From the NCBI GenBank assembly GCA_963718585.1, contig OY970357.1, positions 1 through 32,000 on the forward strand: DNA of 32,000 nucleotides. The letters run 5' to 3'. Source of the DNA: Candidatus Saccharimonadota bacterium (GTDB lineage: Bacteria > Patescibacteriota > Patescibacteriia > 2-12-FULL-60-25). The stretch's first letter is position 1, and the number at the start of each line of letters is the position of its first letter. Below, one piece after another: positions 1 through 9,612 of the stretch. The position numbers were made by a program, and so were the translations under genes. The notes beneath the pieces were generated by a model. It did no database searches, was not told the DNA's origin, and saw only the letters and a program-made list of their open reading frames with translations.

Positions 1-3000
1 ACCACCAACCTCACGGCCACCTCCGGCACCATCACCACCCTCAACAACACCACGTTGAACGGTGGGAATGCGACGTTCGACAACACGACGACCACCAACC
101 TCGCCGTCACCGGCCAGTCGAATCTCAACACGGTCTCATCCACGGCCATCTCGACGACCGACCTCACGGCCACCAACGGAACCTTCACGAACAGCACGTC
201 CACCAACTTCACCACCACGAACGCGACGGCGACCAATCTCTCGGTCACGAACCTGACCGTCACCGGCAACGCTCCAGCCTCCTTCGCGAACCTCACCTGG
301 ACCAATGCGACGGGGACCAACACCACCTCGACGAATCTCTTTGCCGTGAATGGGACGACGCTTGATCAATATGTCACGAACCTCACGGTGACCGGCACAT
401 CGAACCTCCAGAACACCACCTTTACCAATGCGACCGGCACGACCCTCGTCGTGACGAACGGGACCCTCACCAATGGGACCATCTCGAACCTCTCCTTCAC
501 CAATGGCACCTCCACGGGTTGGTTCGGCTTCGATACCGCCAGCGGCACCACCCTCAATGTCCTCACCTTGAACGCCTCCAACCTCACGACCCCGAATGCG
601 GTCATCACCGGCGGCACGATCGACAACACGGCGATCGGTCTCACGACTCCGTCCACGGCCATCTTCACGGACACGACCTCGACGAACAGCACCAGTACCA
701 ATCTGTATGCCACGAATGCGACCTTCCAGAACCTGACGGTCCTGGGTTCTGCCCCCTCCAACCTCACGAACCTCACCTGGACCAACGCGACGGGGACCAA
801 CACCACATCGACCAATCTCTTTGCCACGAACTTCACGGCCACCAACGGTGATCTCTCCGCCCTCACCTTCACCAATGGCACCTCCACGGACTGGTTCGGG
901 TTCGGGACTGCGAGCGGGACGAGCCTCTTCGCCTCCTCCGTCCAGGTGAACGGAACGAACGTGTGTCTGAAGGATGGCACCAATTGTCCGGGCGGGGTCT
1001 CGACCTCGACCTTCCAAGATGTGACTGATGTGGGATATGTCACGACGAATGCGATCCAGTTCAATGGAGGATCTTCCACTGCTGACTTCCTGCCCACCCA
1101 GGATGCCTCGTTCTCCCTCGGGAGTTCGACGGAACGCTGGAATGCCTTCCTCGCCTCGGTCACAGCCACGACCTTGGGGGTCACAGGCACGACCACGCTC
1201 CAGGACCTCGTCGTGAATGGATCCACGAGTCTTCAGAACGTCACCTTCCTGAACGCGACTGGCACCGGTCTCTTCGTCGACAACCTCAACGCCACGAATG
1301 CGCTTTTCACGAACGCGACCTCCACCAATTTCAACACCACCAACCTCACGGCCACCTCCGGCACCATCACCACCCTCAACAACACCACGTTGAACGGTGG
1401 GAATGCGACGTTCGACAACACGACGACCACCAACCTCGCCGTCACCGGCCAGTCGAATCTCAACACGGTCTCATCCACGGCCATCTCGACGACCGACCTC
1501 ACGGCCACCAACGGAACCTTCACGAACAGCACGTCCACCAACTTCACCACCACGAACGCGACGGCGACCAATCTCTCGGTCACGAACCTGACCGTCACCG
1601 GCAACGCTCCAGCCTCCTTCGCGAACCTCACCTGGACCAATGCGACGGGGACCAACACCACCTCGACGAATCTCTTTGCCGTGAATGGGACGACGCTTGA
1701 TCAATATGTCACGAACCTCACGGTGACCGGCACATCGAACCTCCAGAACACCACCTTTACCAATGCGACCGGCACGACCCTCGTCGTGACGAACGGGACC
1801 CTCACCAATGGGACCATCTCGAACCTCTCCTTCACCAATGGCACCTCCACGGGTTGGTTCGGCTTCGATACCGCCAGCGGCACCACCCTCAATGTCCTCA
1901 CCTTGAACGCCTCCAACCTCACGACCCCGAATGCGGTCATCACCGGCGGCACGATCGACAACACGGCGATCGGTCTCACGACTCCGTCCACGGCCATCTT
2001 CACGGACACGACCTCGACGAACAGCACCAGTACCAATCTGTATGCCACGAATGCGACCTTCCAGAACCTGACGGTCCTGGGTTCTGCCCCCTCCAACCTC
2101 ACGAACCTCACCTGGACCAACGCGACGGGGACCAACACCACATCGACCAATCTCTTTGCCACCAACTTCACGGCCACCAACGGTGATCTCTCCGCCCTCA
2201 CCTTCACCAATGGCACCTCCACGGACTGGTTCGGGTTCGGGACTGCGAGCGGGACGAGCCTCTTCGCCTCCTCCGTCCAGGTGAACGGAACGAACGTGTG
2301 TCTGAAGGATGGCACCAATTGTCCGGGCGGGGTCTCGACCTCGACCTTCCAAGATGTGACTGATGTGGGATATGTCACGACGAATGCGATCCAGTTCAAT
2401 GGAGGATCTTCCACTGCTGACTTCCTGCCCACCCAGGATGCCTCGTTCTCCCTCGGGAGTTCGACGGAACGCTGGAATGCCTTCCTCGCCTCGGTCACAG
2501 CCACGACCTTGGGGGTCACAGGCACGACCACGCTCCAGGACCTCGTCGTGAATGGATCCACGAGTCTTCAGAACGTCACCTTCCTGAACGCGACTGGCAC
2601 CGGTCTCTTCGTCGACAACCTCAACGCCACGAATGCGCTTTTCACGAACGCGACCTCCACCAATTTCAACACCACCAACCTCACGGCCACCTCCGGCACC
2701 ATCACCACCCTCAACAACACCACGTTGAACGGTGGGAATGCGACGTTCGACAACACGACGACCACCAACCTCGCCGTCACCGGCCAGTCGAATCTCAACA
2801 CGGTCTCATCCACGGCCATCTCGACGACCGACCTCACGGCCACCAACGGAACCTTCACGAACAGCACGTCCACCAACTTCACCACCACGAACGCGACGGC
2901 GACCAATCTCTCGGTCACGAACCTGACCGTCACCGGCAACGCTCCAGCCTCCTTCGCGAACCTCACCTGGACCAATGCGACGGGGACCAACACCACCTCG

Positions 3001-3637
3001 ACGAATCTCTTTGCCGTGAATGGGACGACGCTTGATCAATATGTCACGAACCTCACGGTGACCGGCACATCGAACCTCCAGAACACCACCTTTACCAATG
3101 CGACCGGCACGACCCTCGTCGTGACGAACGGGACCCTCACCAATGGGACCATCTCGAACCTCTCCTTCACCAATGGCACCTCCACGGGTTGGTTCGGCTT
3201 CGATACCGCCAGCGGCACCACCCTCAATGTCCTCACCTTGAACGCCTCCAACCTCACGACCCCGAATGCGGTCATCACCGGCGGCACGATCGACAACACG
3301 GCGATCGGTCTCACGACTCCGTCCACGGCCATCTTCACGGACACGACCTCGACGAACAGCACCAGTACCAATCTGTATGCCACGAATGCGACCTTCCAGA
3401 ACCTGACGGTCCTGGGTTCTGCCCCCTCCAACCTCACGAACCTCACCTGGACCAACGCGACGGGGACCAACACCACATCGACCAATCTCTTTGCCACCAA
3501 CTTCACGGCCACCAACGGTGATCTCTCCGCCCTCACCTTCACCAATGGCACCTCCACGGACTGGTTCGGGTTCGGGACCGCAAGTGGGACGAGCCTCTTC
3601 GCCTCCTCCGTCCAGGTGAACGGAACGAACGTGTGTC
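1..3637. repeat. In-frame 1335-bp tandem repeat array (445 aa per unit): two full copies plus a 967-bp third copy, starting mid-unit at the window edge
   Basis: Nt 1, 1336 and 2671 are in register. The ORF-track translations of all frames are identical between copies except for one base (g828 vs c2163). Copy 3 shows its first differences near 3579 and diverges after 3637. Confidence 0.95.
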
Positions 3638-6600
3638 TCGTCGATGGGACGAACTGTCCTGGGGCCCCTGCGACGACGGCAACGCTTCAGATCATCACGG
3701 ACAACGGGAACACGACGACGAACGCCATCCAGTTCGCCGGAGGGACGAGTACGGGGGACTTGGCCGTGACAGGGAACCAGATCACATTGGAGAACAACGA
3801 TGCACAGAATGCGGCTCTGCTGATCAAGGATGCGACCACCGCGGCAGATGGGGCTGGTCCGGCGATCATCCTTCAGAATGACGTTAGCCAGGATTATTTC
3901 ACGAAGTTCTCGAGCGGGGACTCCGGTCAACCAAATTCGCTTCTTATCCAACAGAATGGAGCGACCGGTAACCTGATCTTAGGTTCAGCGAGTGGAAGCA
4001 TCCTTTTCTGGGGCGGCCTCCCTGGCGGTTCACTGACGCAGCTCGGCTTCTTCGCCTCCTCCGGTGTGCTCACGATCGGTGCGGAATCCACCAGTCATGG
4101 CTTGAATGCGCAAGGCGACCTTATTGCGAATGCGGGAGAGTTCAACGGGAGTTTGTATGCGGACGGCTCGTTGACCGTCGCAGGATATAGCAGTCTCAAT
4201 GGATTGAATTGGACATCGGCATCCGGGACCAACACCACATCGACCAATCTCTTTGCCACGAACTTCACGGCCACCAACGGTGATCTCTCCGCCCTCACCT
4301 TCACCAATGGCACCTCCACGGACTGGTTCGGGTTCGGGACTGCGAGCGGGACGAGCCTCTTCGCCTCCTCCGTCCAGGTGAACGGAACGAACGTGTGTCT
4401 TGCGAATGGGACGAATTGTCCGGCAGGGTCAACGACCTCCTCTCTTGCCCAGGTCACGGCCGCAGGCGCCACCACCACGGACATCATCTACGCGCTCGGC
4501 GGCATCCAGACCCTGAACCTCACGGCGACCGGGTCGCTTGCGGTCAGCGGGACGTCGACCCTCTCCGGATCCCTGGACGTCACGGGCCAGACCACGCTCG
4601 CGGATGTCACGGGCCAGAGTGCGACCTTCACCAACCTCGCCGTCACCGGCCAGTCCAACCTCACCAACGTCTCTTCGACCAACCTCTCTGCATCGGGGAA
4701 CGCGACCATCGGAGGAACGCTCGCGGTCTCCGGCTCCTCCACCGTCTCCGGCGCCCTCAACGTCTCCGGTGACACTTCCCTCCAGAACGCCCTCTTCGTG
4801 GATGCGACCGGCACGAACCTCGCGCTCCTCGGTCTCCTCACGGCACCCTCCGCCTCGTTCACGGATCTCTTTGCCACGAACGCGACGACCACCAACAGTA
4901 CCTCCACCAATCTCTTTGCCACCAATGCCACGATCACGAACCTGAACGTCTCGAACTTCACGCCGACCGATATCACCTGGGTCCATGCGACCGGGACATA
5001 TACCACCACCACGGATCTCGGCGTCCTGGGATATATCGACACAGACCTCCTCCCGTCCCTTGATGCCGCCCTCTCCATCGGCTCTTCCGGCCTCCGGTGG
5101 AATGGGATCTTCGCGAACACCACCTCGACGAACGCCACCACCACGAACTTGTATGCCACGAACGGTTCCATCCTGAACGCCTCGACCACCAACCTCACGG
5201 CCACCTCCGGCACCATCACCACCCTCAACAACACCACCTTGAACGGAGGGAATGCCACGTTCGACAACACGACGACCACCAACCTCGCCGTGACGGGCCA
5301 GTCCAACCTCAACAACGTCTCTTCGACCAACCTCTCTGCCACGAACGGGACGATCACCGACCTCACGGCGAACTCTTCCACCATCACCACCCTCAACAAC
5401 ACCACCTTGAACGGAGGGAATGCCACGTTCGACAACACGACGACCACGAACGCGAACACCACCGACCTCACGGCCACCAATGCCACGGTCACGAACCTCA
5501 CGGTCTCGAGCCTCACCCTCACCGGGTCCACCCCATCTTCCTTCACGAACCTCATCTGGACCAATGCGACGGGGACCAACACCACCTCGACGAACCTCTT
5601 CGCTGTGAACGGGACGACGCTTGATCAATATGTCACGAACCTCACGGTGACCGGCACATCGAACCTCCAGAACGCCACCTTCACCAATGCGACCGGCACG
5701 ACCCTCGTCGTGACGAACGGGACCCTCACCAACGGCACCATCTCGAACCTCTCCTTCACCAATGGCACCTCCACCGGCTGGTTCGGGTTCGAGACCGCTT
5801 CCGGCACCACCCTCAATGTCCTCACGTTGAATGCCTCGAACCTCACGACCCCGAATGCGGTCATCACCGGAGGTACGATCGACAACACGGCCATCGGTCT
5901 CACGACCCCTTCGACCGCCATCTTCACGGACACCACCTCCACCAACAGCACCAGTACCAACCTGTATGCCACGAATGCGACCTTCCAGAACCTGACGGTC
6001 CTGGGTTCTGCCCCCTCCAACCTCACGAACCTCACCTGGACCAACGCGACGGGGACCAACACCACATCGACCAATCTCTTCGCCACGAACTTCACGGCCA
6101 CCAACGGTGATCTCTCCGCCCTCACCTTCACCAATGGCACCTCCACGGACTGGTTCGGGTTCGGGACTGCGAGCGGCACCAGCCTCCTTGCCTCCTCCGT
6201 CCAGGTGAACGGAACGAACGTCTGTCTCGCAGACGGGACGAACTGTCCCGGTTCCCCTGCGACGACGGCAACGCTTCAGATCATCACAGACAACGGGAAC
6301 ACGACGACGAACGCCATCCAGTTTGCCGGAGGGACATCGACCGGGAACTTCAATCCCGGCACGAACGATGCCTATGCGCTGGGGTCGAGTTCGACCCGGT
6401 GGTCCGACCTGTGGACCGCGAATCTCCATCTTGGGACCTCGACGTGGGATCTGACACAGGGCGCGAACGGCCGATTGTCCATTTCCAATCAAGGGAGTAG
6501 CTACTTTACGGTCCTCCAGAATGGGAACGTCGGCGTCGGGACCTCGACGCCGCTCACCGCGTTCCAGGTCGCGGGGACCTCGACACTGCAGGATCTTGTC

Positions 6601-8868
6601 CCGGCGTATGATCTGGCATACAGTCTTGGTTCCTACGCACAGCGATGGAACGAAGGGTGGTATGGTCAGATCAATGCGACCAGCGTGAACGCAACGAACG
6701 CGACGTTCAGTTCCATCACGATCTCTGGAACATCGCCGTCGGCGTTCGAGAACTTGAGCTGGACAAATGCGACGGGGACCAATACCACTTCCACGAATCT
6801 CGCGGTCCTCGGCGGTTTGACGCTCCCGGCCGACAGCGTCACAGACGCCATGGTCTCGGACACGATCAGTGTCGGATCGGGCGGGAACGTCTCGGCGGAC
6901 GCCGTGAATTCTGGGACGCTCGGGAACTCCAACGTCACGCTCGACTTGAGCGGGTTCGGGAGCGTTGCCGGTACATTGTCCGCGGATCAGATCACGTTTC
7001 CATCGACGAACACGTCGCAGGTCAATTCGGTCCAATATCTTTATAATCTTGCGATCTCACCGGCGATCGTATCCGGCGGCGACTACGTCCAGACTGCGAG
7101 CGGGACGTTCCAGATCAGCGCCGGTCGCGGGTATATCGGGACGGACCCGACGGATGTCACGGCCAACATCGACCTCGTGGATTGGGCGACGTCGACGATC
7201 AATTTGACCGGGAATGATTGGCTTTCCGTCGCGGTCTATTACAACAACGGTGATCCCATCATCGTATCGACGGCCACGGATACGTATGATAACTACGAAT
7301 ATCTCAAGATCGCGAAGGTTCGGAACAAGGGGAACGGCGAGATGGATTACCACGATGATCGCTTGCTCCGACCGCGTCCGATCCAGCGCCTCCAGCAGTT
7401 CTTCGAGGAGAACATCAAGCACACGGTCACGAACGGATGTGTCGCTTCCGTGACAGGGGCGTTGAATCTCGCGGTCAGTGCGTGCACGGAGTGGTATGGG
7501 ACAGATGAAAAGATTTTGTCAGCCATCGACACATCGAGCGGGGATTCGCTCAACGTATTCGTTCGGAACGGTTCGGGAGGGTATTACGATGAGGCGACCA
7601 CGACCGTCCTGGACACGACGCATTACGATGATAATAGCGGGACCCTGGCGTCTCTCGGATCCGGGGAATATGGGAACCTGTGGATCTATGAGGAGGAAGA
7701 CGGTCACGTCGATGTTCTCTTTGGCCATCAATCATTCACGGACCTCACCTCCGCGGAGGCGGAGGCACAGCCTGGCACGCTTCCGACCCAGTTGCAGGAT
7801 TTCGAGCACGGATTCCTGATCGCACGAATGACCTTTTTGAAAGGTGATACGTCAGCGCAGCATATCGCGGATCTGCGTCCGATCCTGGTCCGTCAGGACG
7901 TCGTTACCGGCGGTGGCATCACGGATCACAATGATCTCAACGGCCTCCAAGGCGGTGCTACGGGAGATTACTACCATGTCCGTCGTGACGGGTATGACTT
8001 CTCCGGCCCGCTCGAGTGGAGCGCGAACTTCGGCGGACTCTTCGACCTTCGGAACAATGCGCCGACGGACACGAAGATCACGATCGAGAACCTCGGCGGC
8101 GGGTCTGCAAGCCTCGACATCTCGAGCGGCGGCCTCGAGCTCGCGTCGACGACGCGCATCACGAATGCCGGGTACGGATATCTGACGGGGCTTGATGTCG
8201 GATATGGCGGGATCGTGAATGTCGGGGACATCAGCGGGGTGTCGAATCTGACGGTCACGGGAACGACGTCGCTTGCGGATCTGACCTTCACGAATGCGAC
8301 AGGTGTCAGCGCGACGACGACGAACTTCTACGCGACGAACGGCGCATTCCAGACCTTGACCGTGACGGGTGCCACTCCGTCGAACTTCGCGAATCTCGCA
8401 TGGACCAATGGGACCGGGATCAACACCACATCCACAAATCTCTTCACATCCAATCTCTCGTTCCTCAATGCCTCTGCCACGGCCCTGACGGTCCAAGGAT
8501 CTCCGGTCTGTCTTTTGGACGGAACCAACTGTCCGCCCGGTGCAGGCGTGCCGACATTGGATTATGTCGCCGCCGCAGGGTCGGCGACCACGCACACCCT
8601 CCAGCTCTATGGGGGCTTCCTCGCCGCGTCTTCGACCGTCACCTCATCGCTGAGCGTGGTCGGCGATCTCACGGTCACGGGGGACACATCGCTCCAACAT
8701 GCGCTGTTCGTCGATGCGACGGGAACAGACCTGACCCTCCTGGGGCTCTTCACGGCTCCGAACGCCCAGATCGATGCGCTCTTCGCGACCAATGCGACCA
8801 CGACCAACAGCACGTCGACGAATCTGTACGCGACGAATCTGTACGCGACAAACGGGGCGTTCGACTGA
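1..8868 (+). CDS. Giant Thr/Asn-rich repeat protein, fibre/adhesin-like with phage-tail-fibre-type motifs (5' partial, continues upstream of window)
   Basis: Frame 1 is open from nt 1. Nt 1-54 translate TTNLTATSGTITTLNNTTLN, identical to 1336-1389, so the Met at 55 is internal. More than 2950 codons run to TGA 8866-8868. Recurrent motifs: WTNATGTNTTSTNLFA, NGTNVCLxDGTNCP, D..xLGSSxxRWN, GNVGVGTSTP, HNDLNGLQGGATGDYYH. Confidence 0.85.
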   Translation, partial: TTNLTATSGTITTLNNTTLNGGNATFDNTTTTNLAVTGQSNLNTVSSTAISTTDLTATNGTFTNSTSTNFTTTNATATNLSVTNLTVTGNAPASFANLTWTNATGTNTTSTNLFAVNGTTLDQYVTNLTVTGTSNLQNTTFTNATGTTLVVTNGTLTNGTISNLSFTNGTSTGWFGFDTASGTTLNVLTLNASNLTTPNAVITGGTIDNTAIGLTTPSTAIFTDTTSTNSTSTNLYATNATFQNLTVLGSAPSNLTNLTWTNATGTNTTSTNLFATNFTATNGDLSALTFTNGTSTDWFGFGTASGTSLFASSVQVNGTNVCLKDGTNCPGGVSTSTFQDVTDVGYVTTNAIQFNGGSSTADFLPTQDASFSLGSSTERWNAFLASVTATTLGVTGTTTLQDLVVNGSTSLQNVTFLNATGTGLFVDNLNATNALFTNATSTNFNTTNLTATSGTITTLNNTTLNGGNATFDNTTTTNLAVTGQSNLNTVSSTAISTTDLTATNGTFTNSTSTNFTTTNATATNLSVTNLTVTGNAPASFANLTWTNATGTNTTSTNLFAVNGTTLDQYVTNLTVTGTSNLQNTTFTNATGTTLVVTNGTLTNGTISNLSFTNGTSTGWFGFDTASGTTLNVLTLNASNLTTPNAVITGGTIDNTAIGLTTPSTAIFTDTTSTNSTSTNLYATNATFQNLTVLGSAPSNLTNLTWTNATGTNTTSTNLFATNFTATNGDLSALTFTNGTSTDWFGFGTASGTSLFASSVQVNGTNVCLKDGTNCPGGVSTSTFQDVTDVGYVTTNAIQFNGGSSTADFLPTQDASFSLGSSTERWNAFLASVTATTLGVTGTTTLQDLVVNGSTSLQNVTFLNATGTGLFVDNLNATNALFTNATSTNFNTTNLTATSGTITTLNNTTLNGGNATFDNTTTTNLAVTGQSNLNTVSSTAISTTDLTATNGTFTNSTSTNFTTTNATATNLSVTNLTVTGNAPASFANLTWTNATGTNTTSTNLFAVNGTTLDQYVTNLTVTGTSNLQNTTFTNATGTTLVVTNGTLTNGTISNLSFTNGTSTGWFGFDTASGTTLNVLTLNASNLTTPNAVITGGTIDNTAIGLTTPSTAIFTDTTSTNSTSTNLYATNATFQNLTVLGSAPSNLTNLTWTNATGTNTTSTNLFATNFTATNGDLSALTFTNGTSTDWFGFGTASGTSLFASSVQVNGTNVCLVDGTNCPGAPATTATLQIITDNGNTTTNAIQFAGGTSTGDLAVTGNQITLENNDAQNAALLIKDATTAADGAGPAIILQNDVSQDYFTKFSSGDSGQPNSLLIQQNGATGNLILGSASGSILFWGGLPGGSLTQLGFFASSGVLTIGAESTSHGLNAQGDLIANAGEFNGSLYADGSLTVAGYSSLNGLNWTSASGTNTTSTNLFATNFTATNGDLSALTFTNGTSTDWFGFGTASGTSLFASSVQVNGTNVCLANGTNCPAGSTTSSLAQVTAAGATTTDIIYALGGIQTLNLTATGSLAVSGTSTLSGSLDVTGQTTLADVTGQSATFTNLAVTGQSNLTNVSSTNLSASGNATIGGTLAVSGSSTVSGALNVSGDTSLQNALFVDATGTNLALLGLLTAPSASFTDLFATNATTTNSTSTNLFATNATITNLNVSNFTPTDITWVHATGTYTTTTDLGVLGYIDTDLLPSLDAALSIGSSGLRWNGIFANTTSTNATTTNLYATNGSILNASTTNLTATSGTITTLNNTTLNGGNATFDNTTTTNLAVTGQSNLNNVSSTNLSATNGTITDLTANSSTITTLNNTTLNGGNATFDNTTTTNANTTDLTATNATVTNLTVSSLTLTGSTPSSFTNLIWTNATGTNTTSTNLFAVNGTTLDQYVTNLTVTGTSNLQNATFTNATGTTLVVTNGTLTNGTISNLSFTNGTSTGWFGFETASGTTLNVLTLNASNLTTPNAVITGGTIDNTAIGLTTPSTAIFTDTTSTNSTSTNLYATNATFQNLTVLGSAPSNLTNLTWTNATGTNTTSTNLFATNFTATNGDLSALTFTNGTSTDWFGFGTASGTSLLASSVQVNGTNVCLADGTNCPGSPATTATLQIITDNGNTTTNAIQFAGGTSTGNFNPGTNDAYALGSSSTRWSDLWTANLHLGTSTWDLTQGANGRLSISNQGSSYFTVLQNGNVGVGTSTPLTAFQVAGTSTLQDLVPAYDLAYSLGSYAQRWNEGWYGQINATSVNATNATFSSITISGTSPSAFENLSWTNATGTNTTSTNLAVLGGLTLPADSVTDAMVSDTISVGSGGNVSADAVNSGTLGNSNVTLDLSGFGSVAGTLSADQITFPSTNTSQVNSVQYLYNLAISPAIVSGGDYVQTASGTFQISAGRGYIGTDPTDVTANIDLVDWATSTINLTGNDWLSVAVYYNNGDPIIVSTATDTYDNYEYLKIAKVRNKGNGEMDYHDDRLLRPRPIQRLQQFFEENIKHTVTNGCVASVTGALNLAVSACTEWYGTDEKILSAIDTSSGDSLNVFVRNGSGGYYDEATTTVLDTTHYDDNSGTLASLGSGEYGNLWIYEEEDGHVDVLFGHQSFTDLTSAEAEAQPGTLPTQLQDFEHGFLIARMTFLKGDTSAQHIADLRPILVRQDVVTGGGITDHNDLNGLQGGATGDYYHVRRDGYDFSGPLEWSANFGGLFDLRNNAPTDTKITIENLGGGSASLDISSGGLELASTTRITNAGYGYLTGLDVGYGGIVNVGDISGVSNLTVTGTTSLADLTFTNATGVSATTTNFYATNGAFQTLTVTGATPSNFANLAWTNGTGINTTSTNLFTSNLSFLNASATALTVQGSPVCLLDGTNCPPGAGVPTLDYVAAAGSATTHTLQLYGGFLAASSTVTSSLSVVGDLTVTGDTSLQHALFVDATGTDLTLLGLFTAPNAQIDALFATNATTTNSTSTNLYATNLYATNGAFD
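4224..4400. repeat. Dispersed partial copy of the repeat unit (matches unit positions ~793-980)
   Basis: gggaccaacaccacatcgaccaatctctttgccacgaacttcacggccaccaacggtgatctctcc... is repeated almost verbatim and encodes SGTNTTSTNLFATNFTATNGDLSALTFTNGTSTDWFGFGTASGTSLFASSVQVNGTNVCL. Confidence 0.9.
5178..6245. repeat. Fourth, diverged copy of the 1335-bp unit (with an internally rearranged 5320-5540 segment)
   Basis: The protein segment TNLTATSGTITTLNNTTLNGGNATFDNTTTTNLAVTGQSNLN ... WTNATGTNTTSTNLFAVNGTTLDQYVTNLTVTG ... NGTNVCLADGTNCP is collinear with the unit, with scattered substitutions. Confidence 0.85.
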
Positions 8869-9612
8869 TCTCGCTCGTCACAAATGTTCGCAGGCACGAA
8901 TGTCGTGTGGAGGAATGCGACCGGGACATACACCACCACGACCGACTTCGGCGTGCTTGGGGCATGTCGACACAGACCTCCTCCCGTCCCTTGATGCCGC
9001 GCTTTCTCTTGGGTCCTCCGGCCTTCGCTGGAACGGGATCTTCGCGAACACCACCTCGACGAATGCCACCACCACGAATCTGTATGCAAGAACGGCTCCA
9101 TCTTGAACGCCTCGACGACGGCTCTTACGGCAGCGTCGGGGACGGTCCTGACCCTCAACAACGCGTCTTTGAACGGGGTCAATGCGGCCTTTACCGCGGT
9201 CACGACCACAGGCCTCGTCGTCACGGGCGTGACGGATCTCGGCACCATCACGGCCACGAACGCGGTCTTCGGCAACGTGACTTCGACGAATCTCGTGACC
9301 TTGAACAAGACCGACATCAATGAGCTCACGTTCGTGAATGCGACCGGCACGGGCAACCTCGTCACGACGGGTGTCGGTTTCTTCGACCTTCATCCACGCG
9401 CAGGAATCCACGATCGGCGTGGCGACGGCTTCGATCATTGAACGTGGATCAGGTGCTCCACGTCGGGCGTCGGGCAACTTCCCGATCGTCGGGAACTCCG
9501 TTGCCCAATTCGGTGGCACGACCAATACGTATCTCCAAGTGAATGTGCAGAACCACTCGAGCGGGGACAGCGCTTCGACCGATTTCGTGGCCACGAACGA
9601 TATCGGTGAATG
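8865..9612 (+). pseudogene. Frame-disrupted segment linking the giant ORF to the next ORF (coding sense passes through F1, F0, F1, F2, F1, F2, F0)
   Basis: The segment is collinear with the intact paralogous segment 4920-5230 (VSNFTPTDITWVHATGTYTTTTDLGVLGYIDTDLLPSLDAALSIGSSGLRWNGIFANTTSTNATTTNLYATNGSILNAST) only if single-base indels are allowed near 8865, 8886, 8957-8966 and 9088-9091. Further shifts lie near 9365-9441 and 9600-9612. ORF-track pieces 8774..9106, 9103..9441 and 9338..9613 are fragments of it. Confidence 0.7.

Noticed and set aside
1-3637. Possibility that the large repeats (or the 51-bp repeats at 17921-18075) represent a CRISPR array.
   Set aside because: The units are 1335 bp and in-frame coding. 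The 51-bp units encode KRKAAP repeats. There is no repeat-spacer alternation and there are no cas genes.
8866-8868. The in-frame TGA might reflect genetic code 25 (TGA = Gly, as in Gracilibacteria/SR1) or programmed readthrough.
   Set aside because: All other genes in the window are intact under the standard code and several terminate at TGA. The flanking sequence shows that the TGA arises from a -1/+1 indel pair: frame 0 reads LISLVTN between 8865 and 8886, restoring similarity to the paralog.
4975-9105. A diversity-generating retroelement TR/VR pair (4975-5175 vs 8905-9105).
   Set aside because: Differences between the two copies involve all base types rather than being adenine-specific. 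No reverse transcriptase gene is present in the window.
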